NCBI GenBank assembly: GCA_963757865.1
Contig: CAVWSU010000018.1
Location: forward strand, 43,644 to 107,643
Direction: 5' to 3'
DNA length: 64,000 bases
Source: an uncultured Chloroflexia bacterium
GTDB lineage: Bacteria; Chloroflexota; Limnocylindria; Limnocylindrales; CSP1-4
Part shown: one piece after another, positions 11,302 to 21,200 of the stretch
Numbering within the stretch: position 1 is the stretch's first letter
Layout: every line of letters starts with the position of its first letter
The notes under the pieces: model-generated
What the model saw: only the letters and a program-made list of their open reading frames with translations
Told to the model about the DNA's origin: nothing
Databases searched by the model: none
Program-made: the position numbers and the translations under genes

Positions 11302-11409
11302 ATCGTTACGGGCGAGTGCCAGCCGGACAAGGGGGCATCTGGCTCTCGACGCGACATCGTGGTCATGCAGCATTTGTCCGGGATGGAGGGGGCGCAGCAG
11401 GGAGGGACC

Positions 11410-12585
11410 ATGCGGTACGTGCGCAGCCTGGGCAGGCGGAAAGTCCGGACGACGCTGACCATCCTCGGGATCACGATCGGGATCTGGTCGCTCGTCGTGT
11501 TCGGGTCCATGTCGAACAAGATCAACGCGCTGGTGCAGGGCGGGAGCACCTATTACGCGGACAAGATCACGCTGAGCGACGCATCCGGGTCCACCGGCGG
11601 CTTCTCGAACGCGCCGATGTCGATGCTCACCGCGCTCCGCGTCCGCATGGTCGACGGTGTCGACGTGGTGACACCGTCGGTGATGATGCTCCTCGACGAG
11701 CAGCCGAGCGGCGTCAGCATGGGCGTCCCGCCGATGATCGTGGGGGTCGTGCCGGGCGGCGACAAGGGGCGCGAGACGTTCGCCTCGTCGGCCGCCGAGG
11801 GCCGCAAGCTCGACGCGGCGGACTCGGGAACCAACGTCACGGTGCTCGGATCGGACATCGCGCGGAAGTACGCGAAGCACGCCGGCGACACGATGACCCT
11901 GCGGGGGACCGACTTCGAGGTCGTCGGAATCCTGCAGCCGACGCTCACGGCGCCCGACCAGGAGGCGCAGGTGCCCCTGCAGGCGGCCCAGCAGCTCTTC
12001 GTGAAGAGCCTTCCGCCCATGGTCGCGCAGAGCCTCAAGGCCACCGACATCGCCACGTCCATGGTCGTCTACCCCACGCCCGGCACGGACATCGACACGC
12101 TGGCGGCACGGATCAAGGCCGAGGTGCCCGATGTCGCGACGATGACGGGCAAGGATTTCGACAAGCAGATCGGGAGCACGACGGGAATCCTCAATTCGAT
12201 CCTCGTAGGGATCGCGCTCATCAGCCTCGTCGTGGGCGGCCTCTCGGTGATCAACACAATGGCGATGTCGATCGCGGAGCGGACGCGCGAGATCGGCATC
12301 AAGCGGGCCATCGGCGGCAGCCGGGCGCGGATCGTCCGCGAGCTCGTCGTCGAGGCGGGTCTCATCGGCCTCATCGGCGGCATGCTCGGCCTGGTACTGG
12401 GGGCGCTCGTGGTCATCGCGGCGAACGAGATGGGCCGGTCGTCCGGGACCATCCTGTTCGAGCTGACTCCCGGAACGGCCGTGAGCGCCGTGGTGTTCGC
12501 GACGCTCCTGGGTGCGCTGGCCGGATTCTTCCCGGCGCTGCACGCCGCCCGGCTCGATCCGGTCGCGGCGCTCCGATACGAATGA
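11410..12585 (+). CDS. ABC transporter permease, FtsX/MacB family
   Basis: ATG after GGAGGGA. N-terminal TM, large periplasmic domain, then a C-terminal 3-TM FtsX module ('IGIKRAIGG..'). Confidence 0.8.
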   Translation: MRYVRSLGRRKVRTTLTILGITIGIWSLVVFGSMSNKINALVQGGSTYYADKITLSDASGSTGGFSNAPMSMLTALRVRMVDGVDVVTPSVMMLLDEQPSGVSMGVPPMIVGVVPGGDKGRETFASSAAEGRKLDAADSGTNVTVLGSDIARKYAKHAGDTMTLRGTDFEVVGILQPTLTAPDQEAQVPLQAAQQLFVKSLPPMVAQSLKATDIATSMVVYPTPGTDIDTLAARIKAEVPDVATMTGKDFDKQIGSTTGILNSILVGIALISLVVGGLSVINTMAMSIAERTREIGIKRAIGGSRARIVRELVVEAGLIGLIGGMLGLVLGALVVIAANEMGRSSGTILFELTPGTAVSAVVFATLLGALAGFFPALHAARLDPVAALRYE

Positions 12586-12611
12586 CCGGGCAGCAGGCAG
12601 GAGAGCGGACG

Positions 12612-13355
12612 ATGGCACTGCTCGAAGGGCACAACCTCCGCAAGACGTATCACCTGAGCCGGCACAACAGCGTTGCGGCCCTGCGCGGCGTGGACGTCGC
12701 GATCCAGCCCGGCGAGATGGTCGCGATCATGGGTCCGTCGGGATCCGGCAAGAGCACGCTCATGCACATCCTCGGGCTGCTCCACGCACCCGATATGACG
12801 GAGGACGGGCCGCGCCCGGAGCTGGTGTTCGGCGGACGGGACATGGTGGACCTCAAGGAGAGCGAGCGGACGAAGGTTCGCGCCCGGGAGATGGGGTTCG
12901 TGTTCCAGGATTTCAACCTGGTCCCGACCCTCACCGCCCTCGAGAACGTCATGCTCGCCTGCGAGTACGCCGGGATCGGGGGCGCGAAGGCTCGGCAGGC
13001 GGCCGGCGAGGTGATGCGCCTCGTGGGACTGGAGGATCGCGCCGGACACCGTCCGGCGGAGCTGTCCGGCGGAGAACAGCAGCGCGTCGCGATCGCGCGC
13101 GCATTGGTGAACCGGCCCAACCTCATCCTCGCCGACGAGCCGACCGGAAACCTCGACTCCGAGCGGTCGGAAGAGGTCCTGTCGATGCTTCGGCAGTTCA
13201 ACCGCGACCACGGCCAGACGTTCATCCTGGTCACGCACGACTCCGACGTCGGCGACGCCTGCGACCGGGTCATCCGCATGCGGGACGGCACGATTCGGGC
13301 ACAGGCAACGGCGGTCGCTCCGACGCCGCAGCCGGAGCTCGTCGGCGCGGTCTAG
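12612..13355 (+). CDS. ABC transporter ATP-binding protein (MacB/LolD-like)
   Basis: Walker A 'GPSGSGKST', signature 'LSGGEQQR', Walker B 'ILADEPT'. Confidence 0.85.
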   Translation: MALLEGHNLRKTYHLSRHNSVAALRGVDVAIQPGEMVAIMGPSGSGKSTLMHILGLLHAPDMTEDGPRPELVFGGRDMVDLKESERTKVRAREMGFVFQDFNLVPTLTALENVMLACEYAGIGGAKARQAAGEVMRLVGLEDRAGHRPAELSGGEQQRVAIARALVNRPNLILADEPTGNLDSERSEEVLSMLRQFNRDHGQTFILVTHDSDVGDACDRVIRMRDGTIRAQATAVAPTPQPELVGAV

Positions 13356-13390
13356 GACCGTCGCCGAGGCCGTTGCGGGCGGCGGCGGGG

Positions 13391-13419
13391 GGCCGCCCCG
13401 CGGCAAACTGGGGCGGCCC
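13391..13419 (+). terminator. GC hairpin (GGCCGCCCC / GGGGCGGCC) between convergent genes
   Basis: 9-bp stem with a 10-nt loop in the 98-bp convergent intergenic region. Confidence 0.4.
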
Positions 13420-13453
13420 TGTCTCGGACTGCGTCGGCGTTGGACGCCGGGAC

Positions 13454-14839
13454 TCAGGCTGTGGGGGCCGGCGCCATGGTTGCCATCCGCGAGAACCGGA
13501 TCCCGCCGCCGGCCTGCTTTGCCGCGTACATCGCGCGGTCTGCCTCCGCGATGAGCCGCAGCAGCGAGGTCATCGGCCGCCCGTCGATGAGGACGAGGCC
13601 CAGGGACGATCCCACGTGCACCTCGTGGTCGGCCATCATGATCGGCTCTGCAAGGCACGCATGGATACGGGCGGCGAGCGCAGTGGCCGTCGGGTGGTCG
13701 CGCACGCCCGGGAGCAGCACGAGGAACTCGTCACCTCCCAGGCGGGCCACGGCATCCGTGATGCGCGTCGACGCCCGCAGCCGCTCCCCGACGATCTGCA
13801 GGACCTCGTCGCCGATCGCGTGGCCGTACGTGTCGTTGACCTGTTTGAACCCGTCGAGGTCGAGCAGGATGAGGAGGCTGGAGATCCCGCTGCGTCGCAC
13901 TCCCGCGACCACGGCGGGCATCCGGGCGAGGAACCCGTGCCGGTTCAGCAGGCCGGTCATCTCGTCGTGCGCCACACGCTCGCTGCTGTCATGGGCGTCC
14001 CACACGAGGAGAACGAGCACGGCGCAGATCACCGGAGCCCACCACCCCATCGCCTGGTAGACGAATGCCAGGACCCAGGCGACGACGCATTCGGCCACGA
14101 TCGTCCGGCGCCACGAGCCGTCGAAGACCATCATCATCTCGCGGATCGTCAGGCCGTCACGCAGGGAGACCGTGATCGCCGCGTGGGAGATGGCCACGGC
14201 GGCGAACACGAGGGCGCCCACCAGCGCCGCGACCAACACGGCGGCGTCCGGCTCGACCCACGCGCCGGCGAGGCCGAGCGCGGCCATCGCGGCGAGACCG
14301 CCGAGCACGGCAGCGAGAGCCTGGGTCGCATGGTTGGCCAGGACGCCGTACCACGGCACCTCCCGGACCTCGCGCAACTCGAGGGTCGACACGAAGGCCA
14401 CCCAGCCGCCGGCAACCGGCCCGCCGAGGAGCATCGCGGCGACGATGAACGGGAGGTGGAACGTCAGCACGGCATGGCCGCCCACGCTCGAGGCGCGCAG
14501 CGATCCGGTCAGCCCGAGGAGCGTCCAGAAGAGCAGGCCCGCCGCGACCGGGTCGCGCCCGACGATCTCCGGGGCGCGGAGCGCGATGGCGGGAGCGAGG
14601 GGCACGGTGAGCGTCGCGCCCGCGAGCACCAGGAGCCCGACGACGGTCGACACGCCCGTGAAGGCGTACAGCGTCCTGGACGGCCTGACCAGCGGAATGA
14701 GCGGCTGCAGGCTCAGGGTGAGATCGCCGCGGACGTCGGGGCCGGGGGGCGGTCCGCTCCGGCGATCCTGCGCAAGGGTCGAATGATCTCGCTCCTGCCG
14801 GTCGGATTCCGGACAGGCGCGCCGGGAAGTCGCATCCAC
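13454..14839 (-). CDS. Membrane-anchored diguanylate cyclase (GGDEF domain)
   Basis: About 8 TM segments, then 'RLGGDEFLV' GGDEF motif. Start chosen at GTG 14839 after a GGAG RBS; the upstream ATG at 14944 is possible. Confidence 0.75.
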   Translation of the reverse strand: MDATSRRACPESDRQERDHSTLAQDRRSGPPPGPDVRGDLTLSLQPLIPLVRPSRTLYAFTGVSTVVGLLVLAGATLTVPLAPAIALRAPEIVGRDPVAAGLLFWTLLGLTGSLRASSVGGHAVLTFHLPFIVAAMLLGGPVAGGWVAFVSTLELREVREVPWYGVLANHATQALAAVLGGLAAMAALGLAGAWVEPDAAVLVAALVGALVFAAVAISHAAITVSLRDGLTIREMMMVFDGSWRRTIVAECVVAWVLAFVYQAMGWWAPVICAVLVLLVWDAHDSSERVAHDEMTGLLNRHGFLARMPAVVAGVRRSGISSLLILLDLDGFKQVNDTYGHAIGDEVLQIVGERLRASTRITDAVARLGGDEFLVLLPGVRDHPTATALAARIHACLAEPIMMADHEVHVGSSLGLVLIDGRPMTSLLRLIAEADRAMYAAKQAGGGIRFSRMATMAPAPTA

Positions 14840-15201
14840 CAGGGGCACTCCTAGCGGGACACAACGGGCACGGGCAGGCGGCCCGCGCATTGGATACGTC
14901 ATGCGTTGACGCCGCTGGGCCGGGCGGGTGAGCCTGCGGCGCATCAGGCTCTTCGCCGTACCGGGTCTCCGCCGGGCGCCGGCGCCTCCTGCGCGCGCCC
15001 CACGAACGGACCCCCGACTCCTCCGATTGTCACTGCCCGGACCGTCGGATCGCTACGTCATTGACCCTGTCGTCCTACGCAGGGTGTACTGCGGCGATCG
15101 AGGGTGGCGCGCTGGCCCGGAAGTACCGGAGGGACCGGTACCACCGGCCGCAGGGAAGTCCGGAACGGGCCGCGACGCCTGCCCCGCTGGTGACGCGGCC
15201 G

Positions 15202-15891
15202 TCAGGCCCCGGCCATTCTCAGCGACTCCAGGTACGAGAGCACCCACTCCGTCGCCTGGATGTTCGCGTACTTCTGCCCGAGCTCGAACAGGCTAACGGC
15301 GTGGCTCATGGCGCTGCGATCGAAGACCGCGTCCTCGACCACGACCGGAGCGAGGCCAGCCGAGAAGGCATCCACCGCCGTGGACCGCACGCACCCGGAC
15401 GTGGTGCCTCCCACGACGATCACGGTGTCGACACGGCGCGCGATCAACAGCGAAAGGAGGGGCGTGCCGTAGAACGCGCTGGGCCGCAGCTTGTCCAGCA
15501 CAAGTTCCCCCGCGCGGGGCCGGAGCGGTTCGACGACCTCCCGCCCCGCCGAATCAACCTGGCTGGTACGCAGGTCGTGCTTCGGGCGCCCGCTCCAGAC
15601 CAGCCACTGGGGGTTCGCGCCGATGGTGTACGCCACTGGCAGCGAGAGGAGGCGCGCCAGAGCAAGGATCTGCGCCATCCGGGCGACGGCTTCCCAGGCG
15701 GCGGGTCCGCAGGCCCCCGGAAAGGCGGCGACGGCTTCACCCATGGTGGCGCCGGCCGGCCCGGTGAAGGCGAGCGTGGCGTCCACCACGAGCAGCGCCG
15801 GGTGGCCACCGAGATTGAGGCCCGCTCCGTATCCGGCATTGCCGTACGCGGACCAGGCTTCCGGGGGAATGTGCGCTCGCCAGTCGTCCAC
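15202..15891 (-). CDS. Isochorismatase-family cysteine hydrolase
   Basis: 'VVGGTTSGCVRSTAVDA' catalytic Cys region. Lies 2 nt from the ABC ATPase stop. Confidence 0.75.
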   Translation of the reverse strand: MDDWRAHIPPEAWSAYGNAGYGAGLNLGGHPALLVVDATLAFTGPAGATMGEAVAAFPGACGPAAWEAVARMAQILALARLLSLPVAYTIGANPQWLVWSGRPKHDLRTSQVDSAGREVVEPLRPRAGELVLDKLRPSAFYGTPLLSLLIARRVDTVIVVGGTTSGCVRSTAVDAFSAGLAPVVVEDAVFDRSAMSHAVSLFELGQKYANIQATEWVLSYLESLRMAGA

Positions 15892-15892
15892 G

Positions 15893-16678
15893 TCAGTGGG
15901 GCGAGTCTCCCAGGCCCTCGATCAGGCGCAGGATTCTCATTCGCAGGGCGAGGTATGCCGGGTTGGCAGTGAATTCCTCCCGGCTCCGTGGACGCGAACC
16001 GGGTACTTCCAGAATGGCCCTCACGCGCCCAGGTCTGGTGCCCATCACGACGATCCGGTCGGACAGGAAGATCGCCTCGTCGACATCGTGCGTGACGAAC
16101 AGGACGGTCGAACCGACCGTCTCGACGATGCGGCCCAGCTCGACCTGGAGAGCGGCTCGCGTGAGGGCGTCCAATGCCCCGAACGGCTCGTCCATCAAGA
16201 GCACTTCGGGATCGACGGCCAGGGCTCGGGCAAGGCCCACCCGTTGCTGCATGCCTCCGGACAGCTTGTACGGTGGGTACCTGGCGAACTCCGTCAGGCC
16301 GGTGACGCTCAGGTACCGGTCCACGATCTTGCGTTTCTGGTCCCCTTGCACTCGCTTGTGCTGCAGGGCCAGTTCCACGTTGCCCGCCACGGATCGCCAC
16401 GGCAGCAGACCCGGTTCCTGGAAGACGAACCCGATGTTGTCGGGCACGCCGTGCACGCGCTGGCCGTTGATGGCGATCGTGCCTTCCTCGCACGACACGA
16501 GCCCGCCGACCATCTTCAGGAGCGTCGTTTTGCCGCATCCGGACGCCCCGACGAGGCTGACGAACTCGCCACGTCGAATCTCGAGGTCGATGCCGTCGAG
16601 CACGAGGAGCGGGGTTCCCCCGTCGGTCCCGAAGAACCGACGGGAGACCGCCTCGATGCTGATCGCGGTTGCTTCCAC
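15893..16678 (-). CDS. ABC ATP-binding protein, NitT/TauT (SsuB/TauB-like)
   Basis: 'GASGCGKTT', 'LSGGMQQRV', 'LLMDEP'. Confidence 0.85.
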   Translation of the reverse strand: MEATAISIEAVSRRFFGTDGGTPLLVLDGIDLEIRRGEFVSLVGASGCGKTTLLKMVGGLVSCEEGTIAINGQRVHGVPDNIGFVFQEPGLLPWRSVAGNVELALQHKRVQGDQKRKIVDRYLSVTGLTEFARYPPYKLSGGMQQRVGLARALAVDPEVLLMDEPFGALDALTRAALQVELGRIVETVGSTVLFVTHDVDEAIFLSDRIVVMGTRPGRVRAILEVPGSRPRSREEFTANPAYLALRMRILRLIEGLGDSPH

Positions 16679-16682
16679 GAAC

Positions 16683-17771
16683 CTACTGCTGGACCTGTCC
16701 GACAGCCTGGAGCGCCTGCTGCGCGTAGGTCGGGTTGCAGACCTGCGACATCGGCAACGCCTTGGGCAGACTGCCCGCCTTCACGAATGCGTCCTGATTG
16801 AACGACAGACCGTCGGTTGTCAGGATCGTGTTGGGCGGGTACATGGTGTTCTGGGTGTACACGTCGTACATCTGGCCGGCGAGACTGGGATCGAGGCCCT
16901 TGACGGCCGCCGTCGAAGCGTCCACATAGGCCTGCTTGTTCGCTGGATTGTCGAACCACCGGAAGGACTCGAGAACCGCCTCGTTGATCGCCGTGGCGAT
17001 GTCCGCGTTCTGGCTGAGCCAGGTCGGCGACGCCCACAGGACGTCGTCCCAGAGGTTCGGCTGCTCCTTGGTGTACGAGTAGAGCAGGTTGTATCCCTGG
17101 CTCTTCAGCTGAAGGTAGTTGGAGAAGCCGACCATCGTGGCGTCGATCCGTCCCGCCACGAGAGCGGATACGCGGGCGCCCTGTCCCCCGACCTGGATGA
17201 TGTTCGCGTCCTTCTGGGTCAGGCCGGCCGCCTGAAGTGCGAGCGTCGCCTGGACGCCGTTGATACCGACCGTGTCGAGGACGCCGATCTTCGCACCCTT
17301 GAGATCGGCGAGGGTCTTGATGTTCGGCCGGCCGATCATCGCGTAGTCCTGGCGCGGCTGGGCCAGGGCAAACGCCTGGAGGTTCACGCCATTGTTCACG
17401 GATGACAGTGTGCCCTGCACGGAGAACTCGAGAACCTGCGCCTGGCCGCTCACCATGGCCGCCATCACCACCTGGGATGTGCCCCCGTAGTCGACGGTCA
17501 GGTCCAGACCCCACTGCTTGAGCAGGTCATAGGCGTGTGCGAGGGTGATCTTGCTCTGCTCGAGATCGCCGTTGACAACGATGGTCAACTTCTTGCCGCT
17601 GAGGTTGGGGGGCTGGAAGGCCGTTCCCGAGCCCCCGGCAGCCGGGACGGCCGAGCCACCAGCGGCCGGGACGGATGTTGCGGGGGCGGAAGTCGGCGAG
17701 AGGCTGCTCGTGCAGCCGGCCCCCACCAGGAGCAGGCCGACCAACAGGCCGACGAGACGCTTCGGCTGCAT
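16683..17771 (-). CDS. ABC substrate-binding lipoprotein, NMT1/SsuA/TauA-like
   Basis: Signal peptide with 'LLVGAGC' lipobox. ATG 17771 follows GGGGGAGAG. Confidence 0.75.
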   Translation of the reverse strand: MQPKRLVGLLVGLLLVGAGCTSSLSPTSAPATSVPAAGGSAVPAAGGSGTAFQPPNLSGKKLTIVVNGDLEQSKITLAHAYDLLKQWGLDLTVDYGGTSQVVMAAMVSGQAQVLEFSVQGTLSSVNNGVNLQAFALAQPRQDYAMIGRPNIKTLADLKGAKIGVLDTVGINGVQATLALQAAGLTQKDANIIQVGGQGARVSALVAGRIDATMVGFSNYLQLKSQGYNLLYSYTKEQPNLWDDVLWASPTWLSQNADIATAINEAVLESFRWFDNPANKQAYVDASTAAVKGLDPSLAGQMYDVYTQNTMYPPNTILTTDGLSFNQDAFVKAGSLPKALPMSQVCNPTYAQQALQAVGQVQQ

Positions 17772-17851
17772 GCTGCTAACTCTCCCCTCTACTGACCCCG
17801 ATATGACCGACCGTCGACCGATCCCCTTGGTGACCGGATCGACCTCGAGCC

Positions 17852-18703
17852 CTAGGCTTGGTGGCGCGACGACGTCGCGTGGACCCACGGGAAGAAGCGC
17901 GCCATGATGATGTCGAGCCCGACGGCCGTGATGACGCCGACCATCGAGGCGGTCACGATGCCCGCGAGGAGGTAGGCGGTCTTGAACTCCATGCCGTAGT
18001 CGTTGAGCAGTCCCCCAAGACCGACGACGCTCACCTCCATCTCGGCGATGACCATGCCGATCAGGGCCTTGCCCAACCCGATGCGCAGTCCGGAGAAGAT
18101 GTACGGGACCGCGAATGGCAGGGAAATCGTGCGCAGCTGCTGCAGCGTCGAGAGGTGATACGTCTCGGCCACTTCCATGAGCAGCTTCGGCGTGGCCTTC
18201 ACGCCGGTGGAGGTGTTGATGATGATCGACCAGACACCAAGGACGAAGACCACCGCGACGCGGGCCTCATAGCCGATCCCGAACCACACAACGATGAGCG
18301 GGACGAGTGCCACCAGCGGCGTCGCCTGCATGAAATTGATGTACGGGTTGAGCACCTGCTCGACGGTGCGGCTCCGGCCCATGGCGACGCCGACCGCGAC
18401 GCCCACCAGGGCCGCGAGCGCGAAGCCGAGAGTCAGGTCGGCCATCGCCATCACGAACGCACTCTGCAACTGATTCGTGGCGACAAGATCGACGAAGGCA
18501 GCTATCACGGCGGTGGGCGTGGCCAGCAGGATCGGGTTCATCTGCCCGCCGACCCATTGCCAGAGAAGCAGGAATACCGTCACGGAGAGAACCTGGACCC
18601 CCACACCCCGCGCGATGCGCCGCATCCGCGAGGGTCGACCGTAGGTAGCTCGCGAGGGACGCACGACCGCCGGAGCGGTCGCGGGTGCCGCCTGCTCGCT
18701 CAC
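17852..18703 (-). CDS. ABC permease, NitT/TauT (SsuC-like)
   Basis: 6 TM segments and an EAA-like loop; gene order is typical for this transporter class. Confidence 0.8.
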   Translation of the reverse strand: MSEQAAPATAPAVVRPSRATYGRPSRMRRIARGVGVQVLSVTVFLLLWQWVGGQMNPILLATPTAVIAAFVDLVATNQLQSAFVMAMADLTLGFALAALVGVAVGVAMGRSRTVEQVLNPYINFMQATPLVALVPLIVVWFGIGYEARVAVVFVLGVWSIIINTSTGVKATPKLLMEVAETYHLSTLQQLRTISLPFAVPYIFSGLRIGLGKALIGMVIAEMEVSVVGLGGLLNDYGMEFKTAYLLAGIVTASMVGVITAVGLDIIMARFFPWVHATSSRHQA

Positions 18704-18856
18704 GTCCGCGCCTGTGGTCGGCGCAACCGAGGCTGGCGCTTGGCGTTCGCGCCGCCTGTCCCGAAGCCGTTTGACGATGCCTGCAACACGTCGCCCTCAC
18801 CGCTGCGCAGTCGGTTCGTGATCCCCACAAGGGCCGTTCGTACGCCTGTTGGCCGC

Positions 18857-18897
18857 GAACTGTACTCAATCCACCAGACTTTGTCTACATCATTTCG
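18857..18897 (-). promoter_or_regulatory. AT-rich candidate promoter for the minus-strand ABC operon
   Basis: Reverse complement reads TAGACA-17-TACAGT. Confidence 0.25.
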
Positions 18898-18911
18898 AGC
18901 GGGACGTGCGA

Positions 18912-20025
18912 TCACGGCTGACCGTGCAGGAGCAGATCCAGGACCGTTTCCATGGACTGGCCGCCGATTCCGAGGGCCTCGGCGTTCCGGCCGGTCTCCC
19001 GGAAGTCGATGCCGGCGCTCGTAGAGCAGATGGTCACGATCGCGTCGAGCACCGGGGTGGCAACCCCGGCCACGCGCCCCAGCTCTGCGAGCGGAACGAC
19101 GCCGCACGGGATGTCTTCCCGCATGTAGCGATGGTCCAGCGATTCGGGTGCCTTGATCCAGCGATTAGGCCGACTCTCGAGAAGGGCGCGGCGGAAGTCA
19201 CCCGAAGCCGCCGCTTCACGCGTCGTCGACCCGATTGCCGCGAAGACGTCGAGGAACGGCTCGGCGTCCCGGGTCCACGCGCGTGCAACGGCAAGGCGCT
19301 CGGCATCGAGGCGGGACATCAACCGGGCCACGGAGGGGGTCGCGGTGTCGAAGTAATAGTAGAAGTCCCCGCCCGTGTGCTCGATCCACGCCGCCGCAAG
19401 GACCATGGCAGGAGGATGCAGAACCGTGTTGATGCTTGCGAGCCCTACCTCGAGGATGTCGCGCCCGACGCGCAAATTGGGCAGGACGCCGTCGAGGTCC
19501 GCGGCCAGGACCTGGCTTTCGTCACCGGGCAAGGCTGCGAATGGGAGGTTCCGGGCGACGTGGGTGATCGCCACACCCGCGGGAGACGTCTTGCGAGCGA
19601 TGTATGTGAGGGTGGATGTCTCGCCGATGTGCAGCGCGCCTCCGAACCCCGCGCGCCTGAGCTCGCGCGCGAACGCGAGGGATCCCAGCAGGCCGCCGGG
19701 ATCGAGCACAACGGTTGCGCCATCCGCGAGGTGCAGGGGCAAGGGATCGCGCGAGCTCAGTGTGGGCGTGCGCTGGCAGGCAGACGAGGATGACGTCCGC
19801 GCCGGCAGTGGCCTCGCGCAGGTCCGTTGTGACGGGCGGGGCCGTGACGTGCCCGCTACCCAGGACCCCCTCGTACCATAGCCGCCCTCCGGACCGCAAC
19901 GGTTCGAGGGCGGCCTCGCCCCGGTTCCAGAGCGTGGTGACATGCCCCCGCAGAGTAAGGTCCACGGCCGCCGCGAAGCCGCCGTTGCCGGCCCCCAGGA
20001 TCGCGATCCTGTCCGCCGCGGTCAC
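18912..20025 (-). pseudogene. Opine (octopine/nopaline-type) dehydrogenase-like gene, frameshifted near 19740
   Basis: N-terminal Rossmann 'IAILGAGNGGFAAAV' is in one frame and the C-terminal domain ('LHLADGATVVLDPGG..') in another. The join maps to the run 'cccttgcccctg'. The GTG start overlaps the upstream stop. Confidence 0.6.
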
Positions 20026-21176
20026 TCCGAGAGGGAGTCGAGCTTCTGCTCGTCCACGTCGATCCCGAGTCCCGGCCCCTCCGGCACGTAGAGGCGCCCC
20101 TGCTCGAACCGCAACGGTTCCCGAATGATGTCGTCGAGGTAGTAGATGCCTGCGATCCGCGTGGATGCCCGGCCGTCGGGGTTGGGCACGGGGCACACGC
20201 TCGCCCAGCGCAGCGCCTCGACGGCCACCCCGAGGTGCAGGTTCGCCGCGACGCCGATCCCCATCTCGATCGAACCTCCGATGTCGCAGCTGATTCCGCA
20301 GGCCTGGGCGACGGCGGCCACCTGCATCGCGCGATAGAGGCCGCCCGGTTTCGTGACGTAGAGCGAGATGATCGACGCGGCATCCAGATCTCGCAGGCGT
20401 AACACATCGGCCGTGGTCCACGCGCTCTCGTCCGCCATGATCGGGGTGCCTGACAACCGCCCCACGAGGGCGAGTCCCTCGAAGCCGGCTACCGGTTGCT
20501 CGTGGAATGCGATGCCGTACTCGGCCATCGCCTTCGTGACGGCCGCAGCTTCGTGTGGCGAGCCATACCCTTCGTTCGCGTCGACGCGCAGGGTGACGTC
20601 CGGGCCGAGCGCCTCGCGCAGGCCGCGTACCAACGCGACGTCGCGGTCGGGCTCCAGGCCGGTCTTGCACTTGACGGTCCGCACGCCCTCTGCGACGGCT
20701 TGCCGCGCCTCCCGTATGGCCGCCTCGTTCTCCATGATCCCCAGGCTGTGGCACACGTCGATCCCGTCGCGCAGCCTGCCGCCGAGCAAGGCGTACACCG
20801 GAACACCGGCTGCCTTGCCCGCGATGTCGTGCAGAGCCATGTCGATGGCGGCCTTGGCGTACGGGTGGCCCTTGATCGCCCGGTCCATGGCCGCGTGGCA
20901 CGCAGCGATCGAGCAGGGGTCCTCATCCTGGAGCGCAGGAATGAGGTAGTCGCGGATCACATGCGCGACGGTCCCCACGGTCTCGCCGAAGTACGCGCCG
21001 GCGGGTCCGCCCCACGTGGCGAGGGCCGGCGCCTCCCCCCAGCCGACGATCCCGTCGGTCGTCTCCACCCGGAGGATGTAGTGCCTTCCGATCGGAGCCC
21101 GCATCTTGCTGGCCCAGTTGTGGACGCGTCTCGGCGGAAGCGTCACGACCCATGACCGGAAGCCGCGCAGGCGCAT
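20022..21176 (-). CDS. Enolase-superfamily MR/MLE enzyme (dipeptide epimerase / hydroxyproline-betaine epimerase / 3-Hyp dehydratase-like)
   Basis: 'TDGIVGWGEA', 'KCKTG', 'LRVDANEGY', 'MADES' metal-ligand pattern. Confidence 0.8.
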   Translation of the reverse strand: MRLRGFRSWVVTLPPRRVHNWASKMRAPIGRHYILRVETTDGIVGWGEAPALATWGGPAGAYFGETVGTVAHVIRDYLIPALQDEDPCSIAACHAAMDRAIKGHPYAKAAIDMALHDIAGKAAGVPVYALLGGRLRDGIDVCHSLGIMENEAAIREARQAVAEGVRTVKCKTGLEPDRDVALVRGLREALGPDVTLRVDANEGYGSPHEAAAVTKAMAEYGIAFHEQPVAGFEGLALVGRLSGTPIMADESAWTTADVLRLRDLDAASIISLYVTKPGGLYRAMQVAAVAQACGISCDIGGSIEMGIGVAANLHLGVAVEALRWASVCPVPNPDGRASTRIAGIYYLDDIIREPLRFEQGRLYVPEGPGLGIDVDEQKLDSLSE

Positions 21177-21200
21177 GCTCTCTCCTCTCTCAGGCTTCGA

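Noticed and set aside
7934-11400. Integrase/recombinase or an obvious genomic island next to the tRNA-Thr
   Set aside because: No tyrosine- or serine-recombinase motifs appear in any frame between the tRNA and the ABC exporter. Only a small membrane protein, degenerate ORFs and the NTase pair are present.
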